Assembly (NCBI GenBank): GCA_963798485.1
Contig: CAWCTR010000014.1
Location: 1 to 64,000, forward strand
DNA length: 64,000 nucleotides
Reading direction: 5' to 3'
From: an uncultured delta proteobacterium
GTDB lineage: Bacteria; Desulfobacterota; Desulfomonilia; UBA1062
The notes under the pieces were generated by a model. It had not been told where the DNA came from, searched no databases, and worked only from the letters and a program-made list of their open reading frames with translations. Both the position numbers and the translations under genes were made by a program. How positions within the stretch are numbered: the first letter of the stretch is position 1; every line of letters starts with the position of its first letter. Of this stretch, positions 1-10,374 are shown in pieces.

Positions 1-156
1 TATGATTCATAACTAGGGATTGTGATCAGCAATTTATCGATGAAATCAAAGATATTAGAAAATCATCTCTGTCCATATTTACCTATATGATACTATCAAA
101 AAAACTGTTCGCTATTACAAGCCCATTTATATGATGTTTTAACCAAAGTAATTTTC

Positions 157-750
157 TCAATACCCCAACTTAATATCTCTTCCATCAGGGAAAATTACTT
201 TCCCTTTTCCGCGTACATAAACATATCCTTTATCAAATAAGATAAAAGTAAGTCGATTTTGTTTGTCGCCTTCTCCTATAAATTTAAAACCATCTCGTTT
301 TACTTCCCCATTAAATCTATGGATGCTACCTCTACCAGAAAAGGTGATATTATCAGAAGAATAAGGTCCTTTATCCGTCTCAGATGGCGATAGTATGTAA
401 AACTTGTCTTGAGAGAATTCTGTATCAACGACGATATCATTTGAAAAAATCATCATCCCCCGACACCCATAAGCTATATTATAGCCTCCACCAAAAGATT
501 TTTGACTAACCATCTGTGCGTCACTTTCGACTAACTCAGGAGATCTAGGTTTTAGAGTGAACCTTCCTGACAACCCATCAACTTTTGGTTTGAATTCTTT
601 GATAATAAATAATTTGCTGTCATCTTTAGCACTAACTATTTCTTTAACTATTCTATCTTCATCATTGGGCGCAAGTTCTTCACCAAAAGAAATTCCGTAA
701 ACAGAAAGTGAAAATAAAACCATCACGAGTATAGATAACATTTTGAACAT
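157..750 (-). CDS. Secreted hypothetical protein
   Basis: 197-aa ORF with a hydrophobic N-terminal signal peptide and an AGGAG RBS upstream. The C-terminus GYVYVRGKGKVIFPDG resembles that of 8579..9148. Confidence 0.7.
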   Translation of the reverse strand: MFKMLSILVMVLFSLSVYGISFGEELAPNDEDRIVKEIVSAKDDSKLFIIKEFKPKVDGLSGRFTLKPRSPELVESDAQMVSQKSFGGGYNIAYGCRGMMIFSNDIVVDTEFSQDKFYILSPSETDKGPYSSDNITFSGRGSIHRFNGEVKRDGFKFIGEGDKQNRLTFILFDKGYVYVRGKGKVIFPDGRDIKLGY

Positions 751-1252
751 AGCCTTCTCCTTTTATCCCTGCCTGTATGGGGTTGCATCAAGATGATCAT
801 ATTTCTGTCGGGACAGGGCTCATTCGTGAATCAGGATTGATCCCTAAAATGGGAATAATAACTGGATGAAAAGGAGAGTCAATGGAGGGCTAGTCCTGCG
901 TGTCAAGACCAAGATATCTTCAGTTAATAAGATCTCCCAATCTGTATAGATTTCGTGCCACTATCGATACTCCAGGTATATAGCCTTAGTAGTATAGATA
1001 TCACCTGAGAACCTTTACTTTTTAGGCCTAGATGAAAGCGTCCATCTATTACAGAAATTTATACTATGGATACTCTCTGTTTGTATCACATACAATTGCC
1101 CCTGGTAGTAAAAACGTTGGGCATATCCCCTAATGGAAAATCGATGGCTTGGGCTTATACTTACATCAAGTCATTTTTGTGTTTCTGACAATCATTATAA
1201 TTGGTTGGGGCTTTCACCCTCCCCTTTTTCCAAGGTACGGAACTGTGTAGTT

Positions 1253-4200
1253 TCACCGCTCACCCCATATGTTCACTTGCTGTTGAAGGAATTTAATGGC
1301 TGGGCCGATGTCATTGTATTTTTTTGACTTGTCCAGTAGTTCAGCGCTGACGAATGGTGTGAATACAGGTTCAGAAGGTTTCAACAACTCAATACCTTTC
1401 AAAGAGAAAAAATCGGTTACGAAGCCCGTCTCCACATTCGGGTAGAGCCGTCTGGTGATGCTGGAAAGCGGCGCCAGGATACTCTGCAACTCTTTTGTTA
1501 ACTTTGGCACAAGGAAACTGATTAGTCCGGCGAGGGCCAACTGAAATCTATTTTCTTCATTCGGACCCTTATTATTCACTCGCTGGCGCAATACATCAAT
1601 AATTATTTGGATTAGTGAACTCGACAAGGCACCCTTAAATGAATGGTTAGCCTCGAAACAACGCTCGTAATGAAGGGAGCATATATTCCATATGAGGAGG
1701 AAAAGAGGCTTGGTGCGTATTTTTGCACACACAGGAAGGTCTAAAATATTTTTAATTTCACCTAGAAGTCGATTCACATATTCCGTGCAAACCAACTCCG
1801 AGCGAGCAATGACGAGTACTAAACGCAACGAGCCCACTTCGCCTTCATCACGGGGCCAATCAACCGGATCCGGAAGAACTTTCCACAACCTTGTGGCTAA
1901 GGCCATCTGTAGATCAGGTCGTTCCCGCCATGCGAAAGAGAGGCGACTGATTGCCTCGTTAAAATTCAACACCTGCAGATCTTCCGGCTTTATGCCCTCT
2001 ATTCTTGGTTGCATAGCCGCCCGAAGAATTTGCCCTTCGAATGAATTCGGGTCCGTAGGTGGGCGACTGCGATTAAGAACTAACCATGTCGCATTAGTCG
2101 CTAGTTGCGCAGCCGTATCACGCAGGGCTTCCTGAAAAGTGATCCGGCTAGGCTCGGGATATGCGGCAATCTCCTCACTTGAAAATGTGCAAGCATCTAG
2201 GAAATTCCCGCGGGTGATAATTCCCCGCCAGTCATCAATACTCAGGCCTGAAGGGGTTTCCACCAGCATCTTCTTCGTTTCTGGACTCATAACGCGGGAA
2301 ATCTGGCTTAAACTATAAAGAGTACCAATCCCTATAAGTAATCGCCACCATTTATCAACTCCGAGTAGTCTCTCAAGTTTTTCCAATTGGTTGGGCCATC
2401 GGCTGAGTTGCTTCAGTGTGTGATGAAAATTTTCAATGGAGCGTCTAGCGGCAATTGCCTTGTCCACCAATGTAATTGTGTTTGCCTCGTCAAGCTGCCC
2501 CAGTAGACCATCTCTGAAGTTGGGGGTGGAACGTCTATATATGCCAAACAATTCGACCAACGTACCATTGGCTAGTATCAGGCGCAGATAGCGCTCGGCC
2601 CCAATGATTTGCTCTAAACGTGTTAATAGGTCTTTATCTGTATTGCCTAGATCGCGTAAGGCAAGGTCAAGGGTACCAATGGAGCGCCCAGCAGCGATGG
2701 TCTTGTCCACCAACACAGCTGTTTTGGTCTCGTCAAGCTGCCCCAAAAGAGCCTTTTTAAAGTCACGGGTGGTATATTGAAGGACGCGAAACAGCTCGAA
2801 TAAGGTGCCATTGGCAAGTATCAGGCGCAGATAGCGCTCGGCCCCAATGATTTGCTCTAAACGTGTTAATAGGTCTTTATCTGTATTGCCTAGATCGCGT
2901 AAGGCAAGGTCAAGGGTACCAATGGAGCGCCCAGCAGCGATGGTCTTGTCCACCAACGCCGCTGTTTTGGTCTCGTCAAGCTGCCCCAGTAGAGCCTCTT
3001 TGAAGTCGGGGGTAGTATGTTGAAGGATGTGAAACAATTCAACCAAAGTGCCATTGGCAAGGATCAGGCGCAGATAGCGCTCGGCACCAATGATCTGCTC
3101 TAAACGTGTTAATAGGTCTTTATCTGTATTGCCTAGATCGCGTAAGGTAAGGTCAAGGGTACGAATGGAGCGCCCAGCAGCGATGGTCCTGTCCACCAAC
3201 GCGGCTGTTTTGGTCTCGTCAAGCTGCTTCAGAAGAGCCTTTCTGAAGTTGAGGGTTGTGTATTGTAGGATGCGAAACAGATCAACCAAAGTACCATTGG
3301 CAAGTATTAGACGCAAGAAGCGTTCAGCCCCAATGATCTGCTCCAGACTTTCTAGAAGAGCCTCATTTGCCATACCCAGTTCACGTAAGGTAAGGTTAAG
3401 GGTTCCGATGGAGCACCCAGCAGCGATGGTCTTGTCCACCAACGCGTCTGTTTTGGTCTCGTCAAGCTGCTTCAGAAGAGCCCCTTTGAAGTTGAGGGTA
3501 GTATGTTGAAGGATGCGAAACAGATCAACCAAAGTGCCATTGGCAAGTATAAGACGCAGGAAGCGTTCAGCCCCAATGATCTGCTCCAAACTTTCTAGAA
3601 GAGCCTCATTTGCCATGCCCAGTTCACGTAAGGTAAGGTTAAAGGTTCCGATGGAGCACCCAGCAGCGATGGTCTTGTCCACCAACGCGGCTGTTTTGGT
3701 CTCGTCAAGCTGCTTCAGAAGAGCCTCTCTGAAATCGGGGGTAATATGTTGAAGGATATGAAACATCTTGAATAAAGTGCCAGTTGCAAGTATCAAGCGC
3801 AGATAGCGCTCGGCCCCAATGATCTGCTCTAAACGTGTTAATAGGTCTTTATCTGTATTGCCTAGCCCGCGTAAGGCATGGTCAAGGGTACCTAAAAAGC
3901 GTCCTGCAGCGATGGTCTTGTCCACCAACGCAGCTGTTTTGGCCTCGTCAAGCTGCCCCAATAGAGCCTCTTTGAAGTCGGGGGTAGTATATTGAAGGAT
4001 GTGACACAGCTCAACCAAAGTGCCATTGGCAACTATCAGGTTCAGGAAGCCCGTAGCTCCATACTTTTTTTGCACTGTTGTAAGGGTAGTGAGATCATAT
4101 CGAGCAAGGGTCATTAGCCCTGTGCCGATATCTATTATTGCAATACTGTCCGTGTAGTTGCGCGCATCCTTAAACAGCATATGGATACGACTCTCAATAA

Positions 4201-6139
4201 AGCTTGTGTATTGTTTTATTTGGGGATGAGACACACTGGAGAGGTTTATCAGGCAGTCTTTAAGTAGTGAGAACGAGCAATCCTGAAGGTGTTTCTCAAT
4301 ACTATTTCTAATAAATTCTTCGTCGAGTATCAGTGATTTAATCTGTGCTTCAGCCATACCACTCATCAGATGGAGGCGAATATTCAGAAGAAGCTCAATT
4401 GTCCGTATCATCAATGAATTGCTGGGCGTATCGTGCGTGATGGATCTTGCGAGGTGCTTAAGGTAATTAATAAGCTCTCTTGCTGTAATCGTGACTACGG
4501 CGTCCGCAACTCGACTAGGCACAATCTCCAAGGCAAGCAAGGATCTAAAGATCAACTCTGCGATGGAGGAGTGAAGGAACTGATAACGATGTGGGCTGAA
4601 CAGTTCTGTCATGAACGGTTTTGCCCGGTTTTTCTCCCCAGGCTGCCAGCCATCTTTTAGATATGATGCTAATGGTGTCAGCTCAAATTGAGCCAGACAG
4701 GCCAACCGCTGAATAGTTGGAAGCTGGACATTTCCTCCGAAATATTGTGATCGTACAGAATTATAGAAGCGTTCATGACTTATGTTATCCAGTTCCTGGG
4801 GAGAGCCGATACCCTGTAAAATCTCATCCAGCAACAACAGATCTCCTCCTGTGATATGGTGGAGACGTTCACGCCTTTGTCTAGAAAGACCGGTGAAATC
4901 TGGCCGGAGATGTACTGTTACTGCATAGGTTCGTGCCGGGTCGGTTTTCATGTCCATTACCAATCCGTCCTGTTCAAGTTGCAACAGCCAATCCGGTGTA
5001 TCGACCAAATTTTCAGAACTGGAACTCGGCAAATCACGTAATACTAATACCAGCTTCACCAATCCCTTGGAATCTGACAATTCGGGATGAAGACGCTGCA
5101 ATAGCATACCAGTCTGTTCCAGATTCAGGTGGCAGTCGTCTAGGAGCAGCAAAGTTGGAAGGCTTTTGCGACGCTTGAGTGATTGCCAGAGTTGGGAAAA
5201 CTCGGGTTTGTCTTTGAATGTGGCGTAATAAATCCTTCGAATTGGGATTCGGAGCCTGCATGCCAGTTCCAGGCCGGTAAATGTTTTACCAGAACCGGGT
5301 AACCCACGGATTGCCAGGACTGAAGAGGTCGATAGAATTTCTTGGAAAAGCTCCTCATCCGATTCCATAACATTGATTCTCTCGTTTTGGTGCCTTTCAA
5401 AAAATCGCATAATGGGTGCATGGCGAGTTTCGCCCCAACTTACCCTAGTCCAGGGGGTGTCCAGCCAGTCGTAACGGTTACAGAAGTGCTCAGCATAAGA
5501 TCCTGAGAATAAACTCGCTACAATATCAGGTAAGCGCTGTAGGCGGGTGTCCAGGGCATGCTTATCCCAGTAGTTGACATTCACTCCGGTGCGTTGAATG
5601 AATTCATCCTTGAATCGTGTCCATTTCTCACCCCATTTTTGGTCATCTAGCGGGTGAGGGCAGCAGTACACGAAGGCATCGGGATGAGGTAGTCCAGCCT
5701 TGTCCAACCAGTCAATCTCGAACTTAGTGACCGCATCGCGGACATCGGTCCAAGAAGGCATAGCCGTCAGGTTTTTGCATTGATAGACCGTGCGAGTGCC
5801 ATCGGTCTCTACGACGATATCGACACCGTAGTCCGGTTGGCCGCTACGGCCAAAGAAGCGTGGTGAGTGACCCTCAGCGACGAGTAGCTCATAACAAAGA
5901 CGTTCAAAGCCAGCACCCATGAGCTTTGCATAAGGTAGATCAGCCAAATTCGCGACACTCGGTTCTACTCCCATATCAGAGGCGAGAGGATCAACCCTGT
6001 TCCAGATTTCGTTTGGAGAAAGCAGGGTCAATGGAGTATCAGCCAAAGTGTTGTTCATTATATGTCCTGTAAGATAACTACTGGCCAATTTGGATTTATG
6101 GATTCGGTTGGTCCTATTTTCCCAGGGATAAGGAGTCAT
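1253..6139 (-). CDS. NLR/STAND-like protein: Mrr-like PD-(D/E)xK nuclease + P-loop NTPase + tandem 81-aa helical repeats (putative anti-phage/Avs-like)
   Basis: FERLC..L...G....GRSGQPDYGVDI...VYQCK nuclease motif; Walker A GLPGSGKT; Walker B LLLLDD; 7 tandem repeats. The ORF is open to 6157; ATG 6139 has a purine-rich RBS, and a later start is possible. Confidence 0.8.
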   Translation of the reverse strand: MTPYPWENRTNRIHKSKLASSYLTGHIMNNTLADTPLTLLSPNEIWNRVDPLASDMGVEPSVANLADLPYAKLMGAGFERLCYELLVAEGHSPRFFGRSGQPDYGVDIVVETDGTRTVYQCKNLTAMPSWTDVRDAVTKFEIDWLDKAGLPHPDAFVYCCPHPLDDQKWGEKWTRFKDEFIQRTGVNVNYWDKHALDTRLQRLPDIVASLFSGSYAEHFCNRYDWLDTPWTRVSWGETRHAPIMRFFERHQNERINVMESDEELFQEILSTSSVLAIRGLPGSGKTFTGLELACRLRIPIRRIYYATFKDKPEFSQLWQSLKRRKSLPTLLLLDDCHLNLEQTGMLLQRLHPELSDSKGLVKLVLVLRDLPSSSSENLVDTPDWLLQLEQDGLVMDMKTDPARTYAVTVHLRPDFTGLSRQRRERLHHITGGDLLLLDEILQGIGSPQELDNISHERFYNSVRSQYFGGNVQLPTIQRLACLAQFELTPLASYLKDGWQPGEKNRAKPFMTELFSPHRYQFLHSSIAELIFRSLLALEIVPSRVADAVVTITARELINYLKHLARSITHDTPSNSLMIRTIELLLNIRLHLMSGMAEAQIKSLILDEEFIRNSIEKHLQDCSFSLLKDCLINLSSVSHPQIKQYTSFIESRIHMLFKDARNYTDSIAIIDIGTGLMTLARYDLTTLTTVQKKYGATGFLNLIVANGTLVELCHILQYTTPDFKEALLGQLDEAKTAALVDKTIAAGRFLGTLDHALRGLGNTDKDLLTRLEQIIGAERYLRLILATGTLFKMFHILQHITPDFREALLKQLDETKTAALVDKTIAAGCSIGTFNLTLRELGMANEALLESLEQIIGAERFLRLILANGTLVDLFRILQHTTLNFKGALLKQLDETKTDALVDKTIAAGCSIGTLNLTLRELGMANEALLESLEQIIGAERFLRLILANGTLVDLFRILQYTTLNFRKALLKQLDETKTAALVDRTIAAGRSIRTLDLTLRDLGNTDKDLLTRLEQIIGAERYLRLILANGTLVELFHILQHTTPDFKEALLGQLDETKTAALVDKTIAAGRSIGTLDLALRDLGNTDKDLLTRLEQIIGAERYLRLILANGTLFELFRVLQYTTRDFKKALLGQLDETKTAVLVDKTIAAGRSIGTLDLALRDLGNTDKDLLTRLEQIIGAERYLRLILANGTLVELFGIYRRSTPNFRDGLLGQLDEANTITLVDKAIAARRSIENFHHTLKQLSRWPNQLEKLERLLGVDKWWRLLIGIGTLYSLSQISRVMSPETKKMLVETPSGLSIDDWRGIITRGNFLDACTFSSEEIAAYPEPSRITFQEALRDTAAQLATNATWLVLNRSRPPTDPNSFEGQILRAAMQPRIEGIKPEDLQVLNFNEAISRLSFAWRERPDLQMALATRLWKVLPDPVDWPRDEGEVGSLRLVLVIARSELVCTEYVNRLLGEIKNILDLPVCAKIRTKPLFLLIWNICSLHYERCFEANHSFKGALSSSLIQIIIDVLRQRVNNKGPNEENRFQLALAGLISFLVPKLTKELQSILAPLSSITRRLYPNVETGFVTDFFSLKGIELLKPSEPVFTPFVSAELLDKSKKYNDIGPAIKFLQQQVNIWGER
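2340..4039 (-). repeat. Intragenic tandem array of 243-bp (81-aa) repeats: 6 conserved units and 1 diverged unit
   Basis: ggcgcagatagcgctcgg recurs at 2581, 2824 and 3067 (period 243). The protein unit is LILANGTL...LVDKTIAAG...LEQIIGAERYLR. Confidence 0.95.
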
Positions 6140-6657
6140 CTGCGACCCCCCCTTCACCCCATACCATAAATGGCCAATATAGTTCTAAGAAAGTGTTCTT
6201 TTATAACTGAATACTATTATACAACTTCTAACATTTATAAATCAAAATCTTCTTATTGAAGATAATTGTAGCAGGTCAGTTTGAAAACAATGAGAATATG
6301 AATGCCATTGCCGGGATATAATTCGCCAGGAGAGACTGGATAAAGGCAGGCGATGACAGATACGATCCCTATATCAAGGATGGCATCGGACAAATTGCAT
6401 ATACCGTTATCTAAGGTCAGCTTGCATTGAATATCCCCACTGGAGATCTCAGCAAGAGATTATGATGCCCAGAATACAGAGATCTATAAGAGATGCAAGA
6501 TCCTACATAATCACAAATCGCACGATCTGTACGATCACATTAAAACTAGTGCAGTTTCATCGAATGATCTGATCTCAACTTTTACAAATTAATAATGCTG
6601 AATCGCGACGAAAACAAAATTTCTTTTCTACAAACTCACCCTAGCCAACCACCAATT

Positions 6658-8517
6658 TCATTCCCCTGCCTGTGCAAGTCTTTCCTCAAATTCCGCCTGG
6701 TGCTTCTCAAGCAGGGGATGCATTTCCTCGAGCTCGGCAAAGTTTGCTTCAATAGCTTGTTCACTTTCCAGGATGGCATGGGAGATCTCAAAGATCTTTT
6801 TCCCATCCTTACTCATCGTTGCATTCTGTATCTGCGCATGCAGTTCTTTGAGGATATTCTCATGCCGCTCAATTTCGGCTTCAGCCTTGGCTATCCTTTT
6901 TTCGATAGGGCTCAACACCTTGGAACGTTCAGTGATGATCTCAGAGCGTTTCTTTCTCAATTCCTTCTTATTTATCTTGCCTTCTGCCGGATCTGACCTT
7001 ACTTCCCTTTTTGCAATCGGCTGGATTATCTCTTCATCTTCCCAGCCGCCCTTATCGAGAAATCGCTGATATCCGCCTTCAAAGATCTCGATAGAATCAT
7101 GGTAGAATATAATGAGCCTTTCGGCCAGGGCATGGAGGAACATCTCATTATGGGTAACCATAACCACTGCCCCGTCAAAGCTATCAAGGGCCGCAAGCAG
7201 GGCATCGCTGGTCTCCATGTCAAGGTGGTTGGTTGGTTCGTCAAGCAGCAGGAGATTCACCGGTGTCACTAAAAGTTTGCCCAGCATCACCCTGCTCTTC
7301 TCTCCGCCGGAGAGCACCTCTACCTTTTTTAAAGCAGAATCACCCTCGAACATTATGGCACCGCATATGTTGCGGACAGACTGCCTGTCAAGATCCACGC
7401 CTGCATAAAATATTTCATCCTCAACTGTTCGTGAATCAACAAGGGTTGTCATGTTCGTCTGCTCATAAACGCCCTTTATCGTTTTAGGATTGTAGGTGAT
7501 CTCACCCTTATTGGGGTCTAGCTGACCTGCCAACAATCTCAGCAGGGTTGTCTTCCCTTTCCCATTTGGTCCGATGATGCAAACCTTTTCTCCTGGACGT
7601 ATAACAATATTGAAGTCCTTTATGAGTTCGATTTCCGGGTTGTAGGAAAAAGATAGATCGTTGGCCTGTTGTGCGTATTTTGCATAGAAGGGTGTGCCAC
7701 GGAAAGAGAATTCCAATGTCTTGATTTTTTCCAGTTTCTCTTTCCTTTCCGTCTTACCAAGTAGCTTTATCCTTGATTGAACAAGCCCTACCAACCGGGC
7801 CTTGGCCCTGAAACGGGCTATGAACTCTTCAACCTCCTTGCGTTTGCGATCATCATTGAGGCGCGTCTTTTCATATATCTCTTCTTCCTGGGCTATCTGA
7901 TTATAGAACTTCTCGGTGTCTCCTTCTATCTTGCGCATCTTTCTGCGGTGGATACCCATGGTGTGTGTGACTATCCTATCCATAAAGGTCCGATCATGGG
8001 TAATAAGGATCAGCTCTCGCGGCCATGTATTGAGGAAGCGCTCTATCCAGCGGATGGAAGTAATGTCCAGGTAGTTGGTAGGCTCGTCCAAAAGAAGAAG
8101 GTCCGGATCCGATACAAGGACCTTTGCCAGATTGAGTCTCACCTGGAAGCCGCCGGAAAACTCGCTTGGGTGGCGTTCCATGTCGTGTACGGAGAAACCG
8201 AGCCCGGCCAGGACCTTTTCCACCTTCCAGTGCTGCTCTTTTTGGGTTTCAGAGAGGCCTTTCATACCCTCTTTGAGTACATTATCCTGTGTAAATCCAA
8301 GCTGCTGAGTAACATAGCCTATACGATAATTTTTAGGTATGAGAATGGATCCGGCATCAGGCTCATCTTCTCCGGTTATTAGACGGAGCAACGTAGTCTT
8401 ACCATGGCCATTGCGGCCCACGAGCCCCACACGTTCTTTCGGATTTATCTTGAAGCTGATCCCCTCAAAGAGCACCTGGGGTCCATAGCTCTTCCAGAGA
8501 TTATCTATGCTGATCAT
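6658..8517 (-). CDS. ABC-F family ATP-binding protein (YheS/Uup-like)
   Basis: Two ABC domains (GRNGHGKT, FSGG, LLLDEPTN; GPNGKGKT, LSGGE, LLLDEPTNH), no TM segments, C-terminal coiled coil. Confidence 0.92.
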   Translation of the reverse strand: MISIDNLWKSYGPQVLFEGISFKINPKERVGLVGRNGHGKTTLLRLITGEDEPDAGSILIPKNYRIGYVTQQLGFTQDNVLKEGMKGLSETQKEQHWKVEKVLAGLGFSVHDMERHPSEFSGGFQVRLNLAKVLVSDPDLLLLDEPTNYLDITSIRWIERFLNTWPRELILITHDRTFMDRIVTHTMGIHRRKMRKIEGDTEKFYNQIAQEEEIYEKTRLNDDRKRKEVEEFIARFRAKARLVGLVQSRIKLLGKTERKEKLEKIKTLEFSFRGTPFYAKYAQQANDLSFSYNPEIELIKDFNIVIRPGEKVCIIGPNGKGKTTLLRLLAGQLDPNKGEITYNPKTIKGVYEQTNMTTLVDSRTVEDEIFYAGVDLDRQSVRNICGAIMFEGDSALKKVEVLSGGEKSRVMLGKLLVTPVNLLLLDEPTNHLDMETSDALLAALDSFDGAVVMVTHNEMFLHALAERLIIFYHDSIEIFEGGYQRFLDKGGWEDEEIIQPIAKREVRSDPAEGKINKKELRKKRSEIITERSKVLSPIEKRIAKAEAEIERHENILKELHAQIQNATMSKDGKKIFEISHAILESEQAIEANFAELEEMHPLLEKHQAEFEERLAQAGE

Positions 8518-8578
8518 GCGCCTAGATTATATAAACATCGCCTTGCGTCAAGCGCGATCTGCCTACTATAATAAAATG

Positions 8579-9148
8579 CTATTTACAAGAATATCCGACC
8601 AGTACTTGTATGCCATCATGTCCTACAATAACACCCCGTCCACTAAAGTAAATAAGGACCCCTGCCCCCCATTCCAGTTCCAACGGGTACTCCGGATCAT
8701 CGCATGCAGCTTTATAACCCCTTCCAATATCACTTGGGGGAATTCCAATATAGGAATTATCTAAAAACCAGCTTGCATGACGATTAGGATCTGAAGGCTG
8801 CCCTTTTATCAACCATGACGGAAATGCCTTTGCAAAACTGTGATCTTGGCATCGGATAGCCTTTAATTTGGCCCTAATATTTTCTGTGTGAGTTCCATGA
8901 CGATTTTTGGCTAAATAGTTGGAGTAACCGATGACCGTACCATCTTCCTTTGCATTTTCGTAAAAAAATGTTTCCAGTCTTATTTGGGCTTGCTCAGAGA
9001 ATGGGCTGTTCGGATGTTTCTGTAAATAATACTGATATGCCTTTACCGTATCAATATTGCGGGCCTCTTCCCAATCAATATTTGTTGTTGAGCAGCCCAT
9101 GGATGCAAAAAGAATAACCAAGATTAGATTCCATCTTAGAATTGACAA
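8579..9148 (-). CDS. Lipoprotein, hypothetical
   Basis: Lipobox SMG-C; two short helical motifs (AYQYYLQKHPNS, GYSNYLAKNRHG). Confidence 0.7.
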   Translation of the reverse strand: MSILRWNLILVILFASMGCSTTNIDWEEARNIDTVKAYQYYLQKHPNSPFSEQAQIRLETFFYENAKEDGTVIGYSNYLAKNRHGTHTENIRAKLKAIRCQDHSFAKAFPSWLIKGQPSDPNRHASWFLDNSYIGIPPSDIGRGYKAACDDPEYPLELEWGAGVLIYFSGRGVIVGHDGIQVLVGYSCK

Positions 9149-9236
9149 CTTATATGACCTCCATGCTCAATACTTCATTATACATCTATTCGGTGAAAAG
9201 GACAATTCCCTGAGAACGATATTACAAAAAAAATCT

Positions 9237-10361
9237 TTATCTCAACGCAATCTGCAATATGGGCCATTTCTTGTCCATATCTTCCGGGCAGCTGATACAT
9301 CTAAAGATCCGAGTCCTGAGATTGGAAAAAATAAGGTTATGTAGCCTTAATGAACGAACATGCAAATGATGTCTTATGGTTTTCTCAAATTTCTTTCTAT
9401 TACCTTCAGTCCACCCACCTGAGTGCATAACGTCAGCAGCAAGCGACCCTTCTGCATAGCCGATAAGAAAAGATGTCTTTATGCCGCTACCGCCTCTTGC
9501 CTGGACGTGACCTAGTGCATCTCCCGCCATAACAAGGCCTTGTCGTGGGGAGAAGGGGAAGAGCATCCCCCCCATAGGGATGCATGTCTCCAGCTCATAA
9601 AAGCTCTGAGTCTTGTCCAATAGCTTCCCGAATTCTGGATGAAAATGACTGAACTCATCAAAGGACGGTTGAACGTGGTTTCCCCTCGAGGTGTCAAGTA
9701 GTATGAACTCAGCCTCACCTCCTCCACGTGGGAACATAGTCCCAACTAAAATCCCTGTGGGTTTGATATGGAAATGATACTCAAGCTGTCTTTCCTGGCC
9801 GGTATATCCTCTCACAAGACGTTTTGTTACAGCCATATCAATGCCGCTACGATCCTGTCTTATGTGATGCGAAGCAGTATCATGGCAGCCTCCACAAGAA
9901 ATAACAGTGTCTGCCAGTAACTCTTCTGCAACACCGTTCTTAGATGCCATTACTCCACTGACTCTTCCCGACTGTTCAATAAGTTCGGTGACATGGAGGC
10001 CTGTAAGGAACCTTACTCCTGAGTTTCCTGCCTGGCTTACCATCTCGTTGATAAGGTCAGGCCATGAAAAAATGATATTGGGATTTTTTATCACACGTTC
10101 TTTTTGGCATTTGCCGGTATGAGAGAAGTATCTACGCTGGTGTACCTTTCTGATAGCTATATGTTCGAAGAAACCATGACCGAGTATCTCTTCCATATGC
10201 ATATCTGCACGAATGGTCTCTCCTCTGCGGACCGAGCCCAATTTTTCCTGCTGCTCAATAACCGTAACGGCAATCCCCTTACGGGCAAGGCCTATGGAAG
10301 CACCCAGACCAGCAGGGCCTGCCCCGATAATAACTGTATTTAAGTTTGAGGTGGCGTTCAT
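9237..10361 (-). CDS. FAD-dependent oxidoreductase, geranylgeranyl-reductase-like
   Basis: IIGAGPAG Rossmann motif; GDALG...GGSGI second FAD motif. Confidence 0.8.
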   Translation of the reverse strand: MNATSNLNTVIIGAGPAGLGASIGLARKGIAVTVIEQQEKLGSVRRGETIRADMHMEEILGHGFFEHIAIRKVHQRRYFSHTGKCQKERVIKNPNIIFSWPDLINEMVSQAGNSGVRFLTGLHVTELIEQSGRVSGVMASKNGVAEELLADTVISCGGCHDTASHHIRQDRSGIDMAVTKRLVRGYTGQERQLEYHFHIKPTGILVGTMFPRGGGEAEFILLDTSRGNHVQPSFDEFSHFHPEFGKLLDKTQSFYELETCIPMGGMLFPFSPRQGLVMAGDALGHVQARGGSGIKTSFLIGYAEGSLAADVMHSGGWTEGNRKKFEKTIRHHLHVRSLRLHNLIFSNLRTRIFRCISCPEDMDKKWPILQIALR

Positions 10362-10374
10362 CTTCTCATCAGCC

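Noticed and set aside
2340-4039. 243-bp tandem repeats as a CRISPR array, DGR template/variable pair or TALE array
   Set aside because: The repeats are in-frame coding units without spacers, there is no reverse transcriptase or cas gene in the window, and unit length and sequence do not match 34-aa TALE repeats.
6280-6540. Possible gene fragment upstream of the STAND gene
   Set aside because: Short frames interrupted by stops, with no motif I can recognise.
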